From contig NC_015931.1 of NCBI RefSeq assembly GCF_000223395.1, positions 660,001 to 692,000 of the forward strand: a stretch of DNA of 32,000 nt. The letters are read 5' to 3'. Below, piece after piece: positions 1-8,619 of the stretch; the first letter of the stretch is position 1; each line of letters opens with the position of its first letter. This DNA is from Pyrolobus fumarii 1A (GTDB lineage Archaea > Thermoproteota > Thermoprotei_A > Sulfolobales > Pyrodictiaceae). The notes beneath the pieces are model-generated. The model was not told the DNA's origin. It saw only the letters and a program-made list of their open reading frames with translations, and did no database searches. The translations under genes were made by a program, and so were the position numbers.

Positions 1-166
1 TACCCACGGCCTTGAGTAGGTGTCTAAAGATGAGGGCTGCAGCGCAACCCTGGCACATACGGTGGCCTGGCGCTAGCAGCTCGTCCTTTGGGATGTCCCA
101 GACTGTCTTGAACCTCTTCTTGGTGGTGTCGGGGGCCTTACCCTGGAAGAGGGCATAGTAGACCAT
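1..166 (-). CDS. porB: 2-oxoacid (pyruvate/2-ketoisovalerate):ferredoxin oxidoreductase beta subunit, N-terminal part only; gene continues beyond the left edge
   Basis: Hand translation of the minus strand from ATG at 166 gives MVYYALFQGKAPDTTKKRFKTVWDIPKDELLAPGHRMCQGCAAALIFRHLLKAVG. This carries the PGHxxCxGC N-terminus of the TPP-binding beta subunit. GGGGTGA sits just upstream. It is the last gene of a gamma-delta-alpha-beta order. Confidence 0.85.
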   Translation of the reverse strand, partial: MVYYALFQGKAPDTTKKRFKTVWDIPKDELLAPGHRMCQGCAAALIFRHLLKAVG

Positions 167-178
167 GGGTCTCACCCC

Positions 179-1408
179 TTACTCACGCACACCTATGTAG
201 TAGGTCTGGGTTGCACTACGACCGCGAGACGCGTGGTCCATGAGTATCTTGAACATCTGGACCACCTCGTCTGTGAAAATGTCGCGACCGCCTAGACCGT
301 GCACGAAGCTCACGAGTGGCACCTGGATGCCGCGCACTGCTAGGCTCGTGACCACCTCCATGAATAGTGGGCCTTCCACTGCCGCACCGAAGCTCACCGC
401 ACGGTCTAGGACGCCTACTGCCTTGACGCGACCCTCGCCCAGGTACTTAGCTACTAGGTCTGCGGGGAATGGGCGGAACACCTTGATCTTAAGGCCTCCA
501 GCCTTAACACCCTCCTTGCGCAGCTTGTCGACAGCCGCTCTCACGTTGCCAAAGGTTGCACCCATGGATATTAGGACGTACTCTGCATCGTCCATCTTGT
601 ACGTCTCTACCCTCTCGTAGCACCTGCCGAAGGTCTTACAGAAGTCGCGGAACGCCTCGTCTATCACCGGTACAGCCTTCTTCATAGCCTCAGCCTGCTG
701 CCTCTTGAACTCATAGTAGTAGTCTGGGGTGCCGACGACACCCATGGTTACGGGCTTGTCTGGGTCTAGCACCGGGCGGTAGCCGCGAGGCCTCTTCGGC
801 GCAAACTTGAGAGCCTCCTCTTTCTCGACTGGCTCTACCGGCTCGACGGTGTGACTCAATATGAAGCCGTCTAACGTGATCATGACTGGTAGTAGCACGT
901 CGGGGTGCTCAGCTATCCTATAGGCGATCACTACCGCATCATGCGCCTCTTGTACAGTCTCGTCGAAGATCATTATCCAGCCGGCGTCTCTAGCGCTCAT
1001 AGCATCGCCGTAGTCGTTCCAGATGTTTAGTGGCGCGGAGAGTGCACGGTTTGATAGCGCCATTACGATTGGTAGGCGGAGACCACTGGCGATGTAGAGT
1101 ATCTCATGCATGAACTCTAGGCCTTGGCTGCTTGTCGCAGTGAATACCCTGGCGCCGAAGGCGGAGGCGCCCACTAGGGCTGAGAGAGCGGAATGCTCGC
1201 TCTCGACGTGTATCATCTCCGCATCCATCTCGCCATTGGCGATGTACTCGGAGATCTTCTCGACTATGGGGCTCTGTGGCGTGATCGGGTACGCCGCGAC
1301 AACGTCGACGTCGCAGGATTTGACGGCGTAGGCTACTGCGTAGTTACCCGTCAGTGCAATCTTCTTCTTCTTCGCCTTCTTCTCGAGGGTTTGACCCGCG
1401 GCCGCCAT
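179..1408 (-). CDS. porA: 2-oxoacid:ferredoxin oxidoreductase alpha subunit
   Basis: 409-aa ORF with AAYPITPQSPIVE, ESEHSALSALVGASAFGARVFTATSSQGL and DYGDAMSARDAGW stretches typical of POR/VOR alpha subunits. It is 1 nt from porD and 12 nt from porB. Confidence 0.93.
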   Translation of the reverse strand: MAAAGQTLEKKAKKKKIALTGNYAVAYAVKSCDVDVVAAYPITPQSPIVEKISEYIANGEMDAEMIHVESEHSALSALVGASAFGARVFTATSSQGLEFMHEILYIASGLRLPIVMALSNRALSAPLNIWNDYGDAMSARDAGWIMIFDETVQEAHDAVVIAYRIAEHPDVLLPVMITLDGFILSHTVEPVEPVEKEEALKFAPKRPRGYRPVLDPDKPVTMGVVGTPDYYYEFKRQQAEAMKKAVPVIDEAFRDFCKTFGRCYERVETYKMDDAEYVLISMGATFGNVRAAVDKLRKEGVKAGGLKIKVFRPFPADLVAKYLGEGRVKAVGVLDRAVSFGAAVEGPLFMEVVTSLAVRGIQVPLVSFVHGLGGRDIFTDEVVQMFKILMDHASRGRSATQTYYIGVRE

Positions 1409-1409
1409 C

Positions 1410-1733
1410 TTACCTCACCTCCGGGACCATCTGGATAGCTTTCACGGGACACTCGTTAGCACAAATCCCGCAGCCCTTGCAATGCTTATAATCCACCTTA
1501 TACGTGACCTTGTAGACCCTCCCGGTCTTCGTCCTGTACTCTTCCTCCACCTCAAGTATAGCCGCATCAGGACAGAATATCCAACACATTCTGCAACGCA
1601 CGCACTTCTCCTGATCAATTACTGGTTTGAACGTTCTCCACGCAGACATATCGTTCTTTTCCGTGTTGCCTGGCTCACTTACAATAGCTGCTATGGGGAG
1701 ACTCCTCCAGCCAGGAAGACCGGACATTATCAT
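1410..1733 (-). CDS. porD: 2-oxoacid:ferredoxin oxidoreductase delta subunit (2x[4Fe-4S] ferredoxin-like)
   Basis: 107 aa with two CxxCxxCxxxCP motifs (CVRCRMCWIFCP and CKGCGICANECP). Position between gamma and alpha subunit genes. Confidence 0.92.
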   Translation of the reverse strand: MIMSGLPGWRSLPIAAIVSEPGNTEKNDMSAWRTFKPVIDQEKCVRCRMCWIFCPDAAILEVEEEYRTKTGRVYKVTYKVDYKHCKGCGICANECPVKAIQMVPEVR

Positions 1734-1741
1734 CTCACCCC

Positions 1742-2332
1742 CTAAGCGCGAGCTACAAGGAGCTTCTCTACATTTACACTCTCGTAAGCTTCACGGACGG
1801 CTTTTACGTTGGGCTGCACAAGATGAGGCCTATCAGAGAACCTATCGGCAACAACTTTCTCCACAGTCTCTATACTCACTACCCCAGATACGCGCACAAA
1901 CGCGCCAAGCATCGCAGTGTTTACGATAGGAACGCGTAGATTGCGTAAAGCAATCTCAGTCGCATCTACCGTCGCTACTATGGCTGGAGGTTCAAAGCCT
2001 TGCGCCTTTAGCTCATCAGCTAGCTCGCGGGGCGACTTCTTGGTATTCACTATGAGCCCGCCCTCCCTCTTCAAACCAGACATGTATATCGACGGAGGCA
2101 GCGAAGGGTCCAAGACGATTACATAGTCGGGGTTTAGGACCGGCTCACGCTCGTATACCGGGTGGTCAGCCACCCTGTTGTAAGCCACCACTGGCGCACC
2201 ACGCCTCTCCGTACCAAACTCGGGGAATGCTTGCGCAAAGAGCCCCTCCTCAATAGCCGCTATTGCCAGAAGCTCAGCCGCGGTAACAGCGCCTTGACCA
2301 CCGCGGCCGTGCCATCTAAGCTCGATACGCAA
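1742..2332 (-). CDS. porG: 2-oxoacid:ferredoxin oxidoreductase gamma subunit
   Basis: 196 aa with the N-terminal RWHGRGGQGAVTAAELLA motif of gamma subunits. TTG start. First gene of the operon. Confidence 0.92.
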   Translation of the reverse strand: MRIELRWHGRGGQGAVTAAELLAIAAIEEGLFAQAFPEFGTERRGAPVVAYNRVADHPVYEREPVLNPDYVIVLDPSLPPSIYMSGLKREGGLIVNTKKSPRELADELKAQGFEPPAIVATVDATEIALRNLRVPIVNTAMLGAFVRVSGVVSIETVEKVVADRFSDRPHLVQPNVKAVREAYESVNVEKLLVARA

Positions 2333-2370
2333 GGCTTCCGGGGCACCCGGGTCTTCACAGAGTTGAGAGG

Positions 2371-2381
2371 CTAATTATTTA
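2371..2381 (-). promoter_or_regulatory. candidate TATA box of the porGDAB operon
   Basis: Minus strand reads AAATAATTAG. It is the only AT-rich box in the 114-nt sufS-porG spacer and lies about 40-48 nt upstream of the porG TTG start. Confidence 0.4.
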
Positions 2382-2446
2382 GCGGTTTAACCGGTAAGCC
2401 GGAGGCTGTACACGTTAAACAGTGGGCTTAACGTAGCACTTTTGCA

Positions 2447-3700
2447 TTAGCTTCCACCCTCTCCACGGAGTATACCACGCAACGCATCAACAAGCTTCTC
2501 TATATCGTCTGGGCCGTTGTAGAGGTACATACTTGCGCGCACGCTACCCTCGTTGAAGCCAAGCTTGCGGTGGAGCGGCTCTGCACAGTGGAACCCAGCC
2601 CTCACCGCTATCTTCATACGCCCAAGCCTAAGAGCCACGAAGAGAGGCTTGAACCCATCCAAGGTAAACGAGACTATACCTACACGCTCCTCAGCCGGTA
2701 TATCCCCAACCATTCTAACATCAAGCTCGCCAAGCATCTTGATAAGCATCCTTGTTAGCGTCCTCTCATGCGCCTCTATCTTCTCGAGCCCAATGCCCTG
2801 CAGGTATCTCACAGCCTCAGCTAGGCCGACAGCACCCGCTATGTTAGGAGTGCCTGGCTCCCACTTCCAAGGCAACTCGGCATACTCTACTTTCACCTCG
2901 CCACTCTCCACGCGCACGCTCTTGACGGCGCCACCACCATAGACGGGAGGCTCAAGCTCCTCGAGAATGTCGAGCCTACCCCATAGCACACCTATCCCCG
3001 TAGGCCCAAGCATCTTATGCCCACTGAACACCAGGAAGTCAGCCTCAAGCTCACGAACGTTAACCGGCATGTGCGGCACAGACTGAGCCGCGTCGACAAC
3101 AACCAACGCGTCATACTGGTGCGCTATCCTCGCCACCCTCCTAACATCATTAACCACCCCTAACACGTTAGACGCGTGGACTATCGCCACGACACGCGTC
3201 TTTTCGTCTATGAGGCTCTCCAGCTTCTCCATATCCAGCCTCCCATGCTCATCTATGGGTGCTACCCGTAGCTCGGCGCCAGTCAGCCTCGCCAGCCTGA
3301 CCCAAGGCAGGAAGTTACTATGATGTTCCATCTCCGTGACGACAATGTTATCACCGCTCTTGATGCGCCCTATGAGCGCATACGCTATCATGTTTATAGA
3401 GTCCGTGGAGTTCTTGGTGAACACTACCTCTCTCCAATCCCTCGCGCCTATGAACTTAGCTACGACGATATGCGCCTCCTCGTACAGCATAGTAGCTTTC
3501 ATGCTAAGCTCGTAGATACCACGAAGTATGTTCGCGTTACTCTCCTCGTAGAACCTCCTGACAGCCTCTATTACTTGCCGCGGCTTCTGCGTAGTAGCCG
3601 CGTTATCAAGATACACGATACGCTTCTTGGAGAGTATCGGGAAATCCTCCCTGATACTCTCGTAGTCTAGTAGGAACCCTTCTCCAGGCAGGAATCTCAC
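2447..3700 (-). CDS. sufS: cysteine desulfurase, SufS/CsdA-like class-V aminotransferase
   Basis: 417 aa with YLDNAATTQKP, FSGHKMLGPTGIGVLWG (PLP lysine) and RAGFHCAEPL (catalytic Cys loop, RxGHHCA-like). GTG start, so the exact start is uncertain. Confidence 0.9.
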   Translation of the reverse strand: MRFLPGEGFLLDYESIREDFPILSKKRIVYLDNAATTQKPRQVIEAVRRFYEESNANILRGIYELSMKATMLYEEAHIVVAKFIGARDWREVVFTKNSTDSINMIAYALIGRIKSGDNIVVTEMEHHSNFLPWVRLARLTGAELRVAPIDEHGRLDMEKLESLIDEKTRVVAIVHASNVLGVVNDVRRVARIAHQYDALVVVDAAQSVPHMPVNVRELEADFLVFSGHKMLGPTGIGVLWGRLDILEELEPPVYGGGAVKSVRVESGEVKVEYAELPWKWEPGTPNIAGAVGLAEAVRYLQGIGLEKIEAHERTLTRMLIKMLGELDVRMVGDIPAEERVGIVSFTLDGFKPLFVALRLGRMKIAVRAGFHCAEPLHRKLGFNEGSVRASMYLYNGPDDIEKLVDALRGILRGEGGS

Positions 3701-3848
3701 CAGTTTGATATAATTCAGCCTGAGGAGGAGATTATTGAGTGTGGATGCGCTGCAACCTATACATTGTAGGCTACGCCTGACGAAGCTAACCGTGCTATAA
3801 CATACCTGGCGCCGGAGGATACTCTGTATCTGGAACAGGTGTGGTTAC

Positions 3849-4373
3849 ATGCCTGCACAGGCTTCTCTGGAATCAGGCGCGCCCACCGGACGCACTGCTA
3901 TGATGCTTATCCTGGCAGCCTTGTTGATGGTCACGGTGTCCGCCCTACTAGCCTACACGCGGGGCCTTTGGAGCCCATGGCACGGTGCTCTTAGCGACCT
4001 AGGTGTCATCCAAGAGACGAGACTGCTGTTCAACACTGGCCTTGTACTGGGCGGCATCGGGATCACGTTATACGCTGCCACGTGTGGTGCTCTCCTCTGG
4101 CTCGCCGCAGGCACCTCCCTGGCACTAATCGGCGTGGTCACTGAGGATTACACTACACCGCATTTCCTGTTAGCTCTAGCGTTCTTCGTCTCGGGTTTCG
4201 CAGCTTCGCTTTCAGAGTGTAGGACACCACCATATCGGATATTGGCCGCCGCTCTTGTCATACTTTGGATTCTCCACTTTACATTTCGACTACCGCCGGG
4301 AGTGGCTATACCCGAGTACCTCAGCGCCCTGCTCTTCATATCATGTATCTCACGGGGGTGTAGAAGCGGGTGA
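3849..4373 (+). CDS. integral membrane protein, DUF998-like (about 6 hydrophobic helices)
   Basis: 174 aa, strongly hydrophobic. The WHGALSDLGV...LLFNTGLVLGGIGITLYA stretch resembles my memory of the DUF998 family. Its stop overlaps the next gene's start (GTGA). Confidence 0.6.
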   Translation: MPAQASLESGAPTGRTAMMLILAALLMVTVSALLAYTRGLWSPWHGALSDLGVIQETRLLFNTGLVLGGIGITLYAATCGALLWLAAGTSLALIGVVTEDYTTPHFLLALAFFVSGFAASLSECRTPPYRILAAALVILWILHFTFRLPPGVAIPEYLSALLFISCISRGCRSG

Positions 4374-5074
4374 AGATACTATTCATCTCGGATCTTCATT
4401 GCGAGGCCAAGGTGTTCCGCGGCGTCTATGAGGGGTATGCATGTGAGTGGCTTCTCAGCATAATAGACGGTGTTAAGCCAGATGCGCTCATCTCGGCTGG
4501 CGATTGGGGCAGTCTTGTATCCTTCAACTTCTTCCAAGAGCTTCGTAGGCGTGTACCGGTAGTGTTGAGCGTCTACGGCAACCATGAGAGAATGGACGTG
4601 CTTCTAAAGAGCGGCGTATTGATGGAGGAAGGTCGAGTCCATGAGCTTAACGGTCTGCGCATAGGCGGCATTCACGGCATCGTATCGCCGAAGGGCGGTG
4701 TCAAGAAGGGTGTACCGCGCCGGACGCCTAGCGAGTTTCTCTCGGTAGCCAGGAGGCTAGCCGGCAAACTCGACATACTGGTTATGCACGAGGTGCCTTA
4801 CCTGCCCGAGGCCTATCCGGATGTGCGCCGCGATATAGGGCCCCTGACAGCATTGAAGGCGATTGAGATTGTTAGGCCGCGTTTGGTGCTAGGGGGTCAC
4901 ATGCATCGCGGCTGTTACACCATCCATGAGGTGACTAGGAACGTGCTATACCTACGCGTGGATAGCAGTATGGCTGAGAGATGCTATGTGGTGTTAGAGG
5001 CCGACTCCATTATAGTGTATAGGGATGAGGAGTTCGTCATGAAGAGGGGGATTAGCCTTAGAGCTTCTCCATGA
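4370..5074 (+). CDS. metallophosphoesterase (calcineurin-like phosphoesterase)
   Basis: 234 aa with the ordered motifs ISDLH, GDWG, GNHE, GGIHG, MHEVP and GGHMH. GTG start overlaps the upstream stop by 4 nt. Confidence 0.85.
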   Translation: MKILFISDLHCEAKVFRGVYEGYACEWLLSIIDGVKPDALISAGDWGSLVSFNFFQELRRRVPVVLSVYGNHERMDVLLKSGVLMEEGRVHELNGLRIGGIHGIVSPKGGVKKGVPRRTPSEFLSVARRLAGKLDILVMHEVPYLPEAYPDVRRDIGPLTALKAIEIVRPRLVLGGHMHRGCYTIHEVTRNVLYLRVDSSMAERCYVVLEADSIIVYRDEEFVMKRGISLRASP

Positions 5075-5570
5075 CACCCAGCTCTTCGTCGTACCCAGCT
5101 AGCCTGCGTAGCCTCTTGACTATCAGCTCGTACAGCGGGTCGCCCTCGCGCAGCACCTTGTAGCTTATGGGTGGTTGCCAGCCTGGGATGATACGTCTAA
5201 GCTCTTGTAGCGTCACCTGCCGCGGGTAGACAATCACCTTCTCAACCTCGAGAGCCATTGCTTTCTTTGCGCCACGTATATACGGCCAATCGTCGCGATC
5301 AACGCCAGGTGACGGATGCATCATTACCTGCTTCCAGACCTCCTCGGGCGCCCCATGGTACACTCTACCGACTAGGAACTCGCCTACTAGCGCCTTCACA
5401 CTACCAGACGCGTATATCACAACAACGCTACCAGGGGCTACTGGTACACCAATCCACCTGCGAAGCTCGAACTTCTTCTCACCACGCAGTATCTGGAATG
5501 CGAACTGCGGCCGGATGCTCATAAGAAACGTCTGAGGCTCTACCTGCTGAACACTCCTCCGCCTAGCCAA
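5058..5570 (-). CDS. ASCH / PUA-like domain protein
   Basis: MSIRPQFAFQILRGEKKFELRRW...VVVIYASGSVKALVGEF resembles the ASCH-domain N-terminus. The ORF-track start at 5570 is TTG; ATG at 5522 (MSIRPQF) is at least as likely. Lies 18-66 nt downstream of tfb with no obvious TATA between, and converges on the phosphoesterase gene with a 17-nt overlap. Confidence 0.6.
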   Translation of the reverse strand: MARRRSVQQVEPQTFLMSIRPQFAFQILRGEKKFELRRWIGVPVAPGSVVVIYASGSVKALVGEFLVGRVYHGAPEEVWKQVMMHPSPGVDRDDWPYIRGAKKAMALEVEKVIVYPRQVTLQELRRIIPGWQPPISYKVLREGDPLYELIVKRLRRLAGYDEELGVMEKL

Positions 5571-5588
5571 TACCCGCTACCCTCGGGT

Positions 5589-6548
5589 TCACTGCGGCGG
5601 AAGCTCGATCTTCAACTTCTGGGCTAGCTCCTTGTAACGGTTCCTAACAGTAACCTCTGTGACGCCCGCAGCCGCAGCAATCTCCTTCTGGGTTCTCCTC
5701 TCGCCCAGCTTCAGTGCAGCGATGTAGATCGCTGCGGCTGCGAGGCCAGCTGGGTCCTTACCTGCCGTGAGGCCCTTCTTCTTAGCCTGCATGAGTATCT
5801 TGATCGCCTCGGCCTCGACTCTAGTCGAGAGGCCCAGCAGACTCACAATGCGAGATACGTAGCGGATCGGGTCGGCGACGGGCATGCGGAGCTTCAACTC
5901 GCGGACGAGCAGACGATAGCAGCGTGCAACCTCCTTCCTACCACCCTTGACGTGCTTCGCGATATCGTCTAGGGTGACGGGCACACCTCTCATACGGCAT
6001 GCTGCATATACGGCCGCTGCCGCAACACTCTCAAGGCTTCTGCCGCGGACGAGACCCTTCTCCGCGGCCATACGGTAGACTCTCATAGCCTCCTCGAAGA
6101 GCGAGCGTGGAATGTTTAGAGCCTCGATCAGCCTAGCTATTTCCTTAGAAGCCTGCTCTATGTTCTTCTCTACACTCGACATCGTGCGAAGCTTGGCTTG
6201 CAACCTGCGAAGCCTCTCGGCCTCCATACGGTGCCTCGCGTCAAGCTTCCTGCCACCCGCATCACGGCTACTGCTCAGGGATGTGAGTAGACCATAGTCG
6301 GGCTGCGCAATGTTAAGCGGGCTGCCCGTACGCTGCCTGCGGATCTTCTCCTCCATCGTGTACGCACGCCAATCGGGACCCATGTCAACAATGCCTTCCT
6401 CGATGACCTCGCCCGTGAGCGTGCAGATGTAGGAGCCCGTGTTCGGGTCGTACATTATGTATTCCGGCGGACACTTTTTCTCCTGCTCCTCTGCACCCTC
6501 CTCCATACTTGGGAGGGGCTGCTCGGGAAGCTCGGACACCTTAACCAC
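5589..6548 (-). CDS. tfb: transcription initiation factor B (TFIIB homologue)
   Basis: 319 aa with the CPPEYIMYDPNTGSYICTLTGEV ribbon region, the GPDWRAY B-reader, two cyclin folds, and C-terminal GVTEVTVRNRYKEL. Near-collinear with Sulfolobus TFB1 as I remember it. GTG start. Confidence 0.95.
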   Translation of the reverse strand: MVKVSELPEQPLPSMEEGAEEQEKKCPPEYIMYDPNTGSYICTLTGEVIEEGIVDMGPDWRAYTMEEKIRRQRTGSPLNIAQPDYGLLTSLSSSRDAGGRKLDARHRMEAERLRRLQAKLRTMSSVEKNIEQASKEIARLIEALNIPRSLFEEAMRVYRMAAEKGLVRGRSLESVAAAAVYAACRMRGVPVTLDDIAKHVKGGRKEVARCYRLLVRELKLRMPVADPIRYVSRIVSLLGLSTRVEAEAIKILMQAKKKGLTAGKDPAGLAAAAIYIAALKLGERRTQKEIAAAAGVTEVTVRNRYKELAQKLKIELPPQ

Positions 6549-6596
6549 CCGAGACGGAAACCCCTTAACCTCGGGGGATGTAGTACGCGGGAAGGG

Positions 6597-6613
6597 GATA
6601 ATAAGGTTTAAAC
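6597..6613 (-). promoter_or_regulatory. candidate TATA region for tfb
   Basis: Minus strand reads GGTTTAAACCTTATTAT, an AT-rich box about 50-65 nt upstream of the GTG start at 6548. This implies a short leader. Confidence 0.3.
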
Positions 6614-6665
6614 CTTCTGCTCTTATCCCTGCCGGAGCGGATAAAGAGGAGAGAAGAACCTCGTT

Positions 6666-6670
6666 AAAAA
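6666..6670 (-). terminator. T5 tract downstream of sui1
   Basis: Minus strand reads GACAGTTTTTAACG, 44 nt after the sui1 stop. Oligo-T tracts are the usual archaeal termination signal. Confidence 0.4.
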
Positions 6671-6713
6671 CTGTCCGCGAGCTACACGACCTGCACTAGA
6701 GCTTGCACGACGC

Positions 6714-7040
6714 TCATGACACTATTATTATGTTCTCCTCCGGGAACCCCATCTCTATAAGTATCTCCTTGACGCGATGCCGGTGGTCGCCCTGCAGCTC
6801 TATCCTGCCGTTCTTGTATGTGCCCCCAGTGGCTAGCCTCGACTTTAGCTCAGACGCAAGCTTCTTGAGATCTATCTCGCGCTCGTCGAGACCCTCTATT
6901 ATCGTCACTAGTCGTCCATAGCGCCGCTTCTCAAGCCTGATCTTAATCACTTGCTGCTCCTTAGTCAACTGCTCGCATAGCTCTGGGGGCAGCGCTCCGC
7001 AGACCGAGCTTAGCTCCATACCCCGGACGACCCTTGTCAT
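6714..7040 (-). CDS. sui1: translation initiation factor aSUI1 (eIF1 homologue)
   Basis: 108 aa with [20 protein letters not shown] and [34 protein letters not shown], the SUI1 fold signature. An alternative start is ATG at 7019 (MELSSVCG). Confidence 0.93.
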   Translation of the reverse strand: MTRVVRGMELSSVCGALPPELCEQLTKEQQVIKIRLEKRRYGRLVTIIEGLDEREIDLKKLASELKSRLATGGTYKNGRIELQGDHRHRVKEILIEMGFPEENIIIVS

Positions 7041-7063
7041 GATGAATGAGATGAGACGCCACT

Positions 7064-7071
7064 GTTTTAAG
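7064..7071. promoter_or_regulatory. shared AT-rich TATA-like box between divergent sui1 and rpoP
   Basis: TGTTTTAAGT is the only AT-rich element in the 70-nt spacer. It lies about 25-30 nt from the sui1 ATG at 7040 (leaderless geometry) and about 40 nt from the rpoP ATG at 7111. Confidence 0.35.
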
Positions 7072-7110
7072 TGTTGTGTGGACTCTTGCCGTGATAGTGG
7101 GGACTGTGGA

Positions 7111-7332
7111 ATGGTCGCCCAGCTCTATGCGCCCAGACGCCCGGAGGGCATCATAGAGCAGTATGAGCCTATAGACGATGAGAATGAGATTATATACAAG
7201 TGTGCGAGGTGCGGCGCCGAGATGACATACGCCGAGCTCAAAATGCTACCGAGCGTGAAGTGCATCAACTGTGGTTTTAGGGTGCTCTACAAGGTGAGGG
7301 CTAGGGGCAGCAAGATAATCCGTGCTATCTAG
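7111..7332 (+). CDS. rpoP: DNA-directed RNA polymerase subunit P (Rpb12 homologue) with an N-terminal extension
   Basis: C-terminal [45 protein letters not shown] matches the 48-aa Sulfolobus RpoP zinc ribbon. ATG 7111 is the nearest canonical start. ORF-track start 7039 would abut sui1 with no promoter room. The 3' end overlaps speB by 8 nt. Confidence 0.85.
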   Translation: MVAQLYAPRRPEGIIEQYEPIDDENEIIYKCARCGAEMTYAELKMLPSVKCINCGFRVLYKVRARGSKIIRAI

Positions 7333-8239
7333 CGCTGCTCCTAGCCGCTACTACTCCTGCTGCGAACTCCACTATCGCTTTGGCCGCGAGTACCGACGTC
7401 ACACCACCCGCGTCGTAGGGCGGCGAGACCTCGACAACATCCATACTGAGGCTCATACCCCTCAGGACTGCTAACCTCGCAACCTCGAAGACGATATCGA
7501 GTAGTATGCGGGGTGTTATGCCCTCCGGCTCGGGGTTCGAGACTCCAGGCGCAAAACCCGGGTCAACAACATCCATGTCGAGAGTCAAGTGTAGATGGTT
7601 ACATACACTCTTCTCTATGAGCTTAGAGACCGCTGGTATGACTGCAGCGACACTCTCGTCTTGCAACCTGTGAGCATCTATCACGGGAACGTGATTCGCA
7701 CGGGCGAACTCTAGCTCCTCGCGTACAAAGCCACGTACACCTGCAAGCACAACCGGGACGCCCACCTCACTGACCACTAGCCGCGCAAAGGTGGCATGCG
7801 AGACCCTTCTACCGGCATACTCCGACCTCATGTCCATGTGGGCGTCCAGCTGCACCATGCATGGCTTGTACCCGGCGCGTACAAGACCCTCAACGATACC
7901 GAGTGTTATCGTATGCTCGCCTCCCATCACAACTAGCGGTTTGCCCACACCCGATAGCCGCTCTACAGCGTCGCCTATAGCCTCCAGGGCCTTCTCGAGC
8001 GGCTGCTCTACCAGAGCATCACCCGCGTCATAGAAGCGTACATGTTCGTCCACGTCCAGCTTCCCACGCAAAGACCAGTACTCTATGTAGGCTGACGCCT
8101 CGCGTATAGCTCTAGGTGCGAAGCGCGTCCCTGGACGATAACTCGTCGTCTCCTCTAGGGGAGCGCCAAGAACAATCACTTGCGACTCGTCAAGCCCCCA
8201 ACAGTACCCCGAGAAACACGTGGTGCGAGCGTATGACAA
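7325..8239 (-). CDS. speB: agmatinase (ureohydrolase/arginase family)
   Basis: 304 aa with the Mn-ligand motifs GGEHTITLG, QLDAHMDMR and LTLDMDVVDPGFAPG. TTG start 3 nt after the stop of the upstream small gene. Confidence 0.9.
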   Translation of the reverse strand: MSYARTTCFSGYCWGLDESQVIVLGAPLEETTSYRPGTRFAPRAIREASAYIEYWSLRGKLDVDEHVRFYDAGDALVEQPLEKALEAIGDAVERLSGVGKPLVVMGGEHTITLGIVEGLVRAGYKPCMVQLDAHMDMRSEYAGRRVSHATFARLVVSEVGVPVVLAGVRGFVREELEFARANHVPVIDAHRLQDESVAAVIPAVSKLIEKSVCNHLHLTLDMDVVDPGFAPGVSNPEPEGITPRILLDIVFEVARLAVLRGMSLSMDVVEVSPPYDAGGVTSVLAAKAIVEFAAGVVAARSSAR

Positions 8240-8242
8240 GTG

Positions 8243-8572
8243 CTAGCCCCGCTCACCACCCAGCCCGGCCATCCTCTCTAATAGGCTGGAGATCTGTGCT
8301 GCATGCTTCTCGGCATCTATCCTAACAGCCTCGAGCATATCTATAACCTCGCGGCTAGAAGCTAATCTCTTAGCCTCTTTGATCCTCACTATAAGGTAGT
8401 TGAGCACCTCGACGGCATCCATGAGCGCTGCTATATCCTGGCTTAGCCTCCCCTCCTTCACAAGCTTCTCGAAGAGACACTCAAGGTGAACAAAACCATC
8501 CCTAAGCACCGTGAACCTCTGACCCTCGATGATCTCATCGCCACAGATTACACAACGCCATTTGCGTAGCAC
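8243..8572 (-). CDS. small Zn-finger-like protein, DUF2175-like (archaeal, function unknown)
   Basis: 109 aa with WRCVICGDEIIEGQRFTVLRDGFVHLECL followed by a helical tail. Resembles my memory of the archaeal DUF2175 family. GTG start. Tightly coupled to speB. Confidence 0.6.
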   Translation of the reverse strand: MLRKWRCVICGDEIIEGQRFTVLRDGFVHLECLFEKLVKEGRLSQDIAALMDAVEVLNYLIVRIKEAKRLASSREVIDMLEAVRIDAEKHAAQISSLLERMAGLGGERG

Positions 8573-8619
8573 GGTAGGAGCCCTATCCTACTAGTATCGC
8601 AAGGGGTTAACTAGGCTGG

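Noticed and set aside
6430-6500. The TFB zinc-ribbon region has only two cysteines (CPPEY…ICTLTGEV) instead of CxxC…CxxC, which might have indicated a novel degenerate TFB.
   Set aside because: Sulfolobus TFB1 as I remember it has the same CPPD…ICSETGEV arrangement. This is a known crenarchaeal TFB trait, not a novelty.
7039-7045. Perfect C-box heptamer ATGATGA on the plus strand in the sui1-rpoP spacer.
   Set aside because: There is no CTGA D box within 45-70 nt downstream and no C'/D' boxes. It is most simply part of the ATG-ATG run at the ORF-track start.
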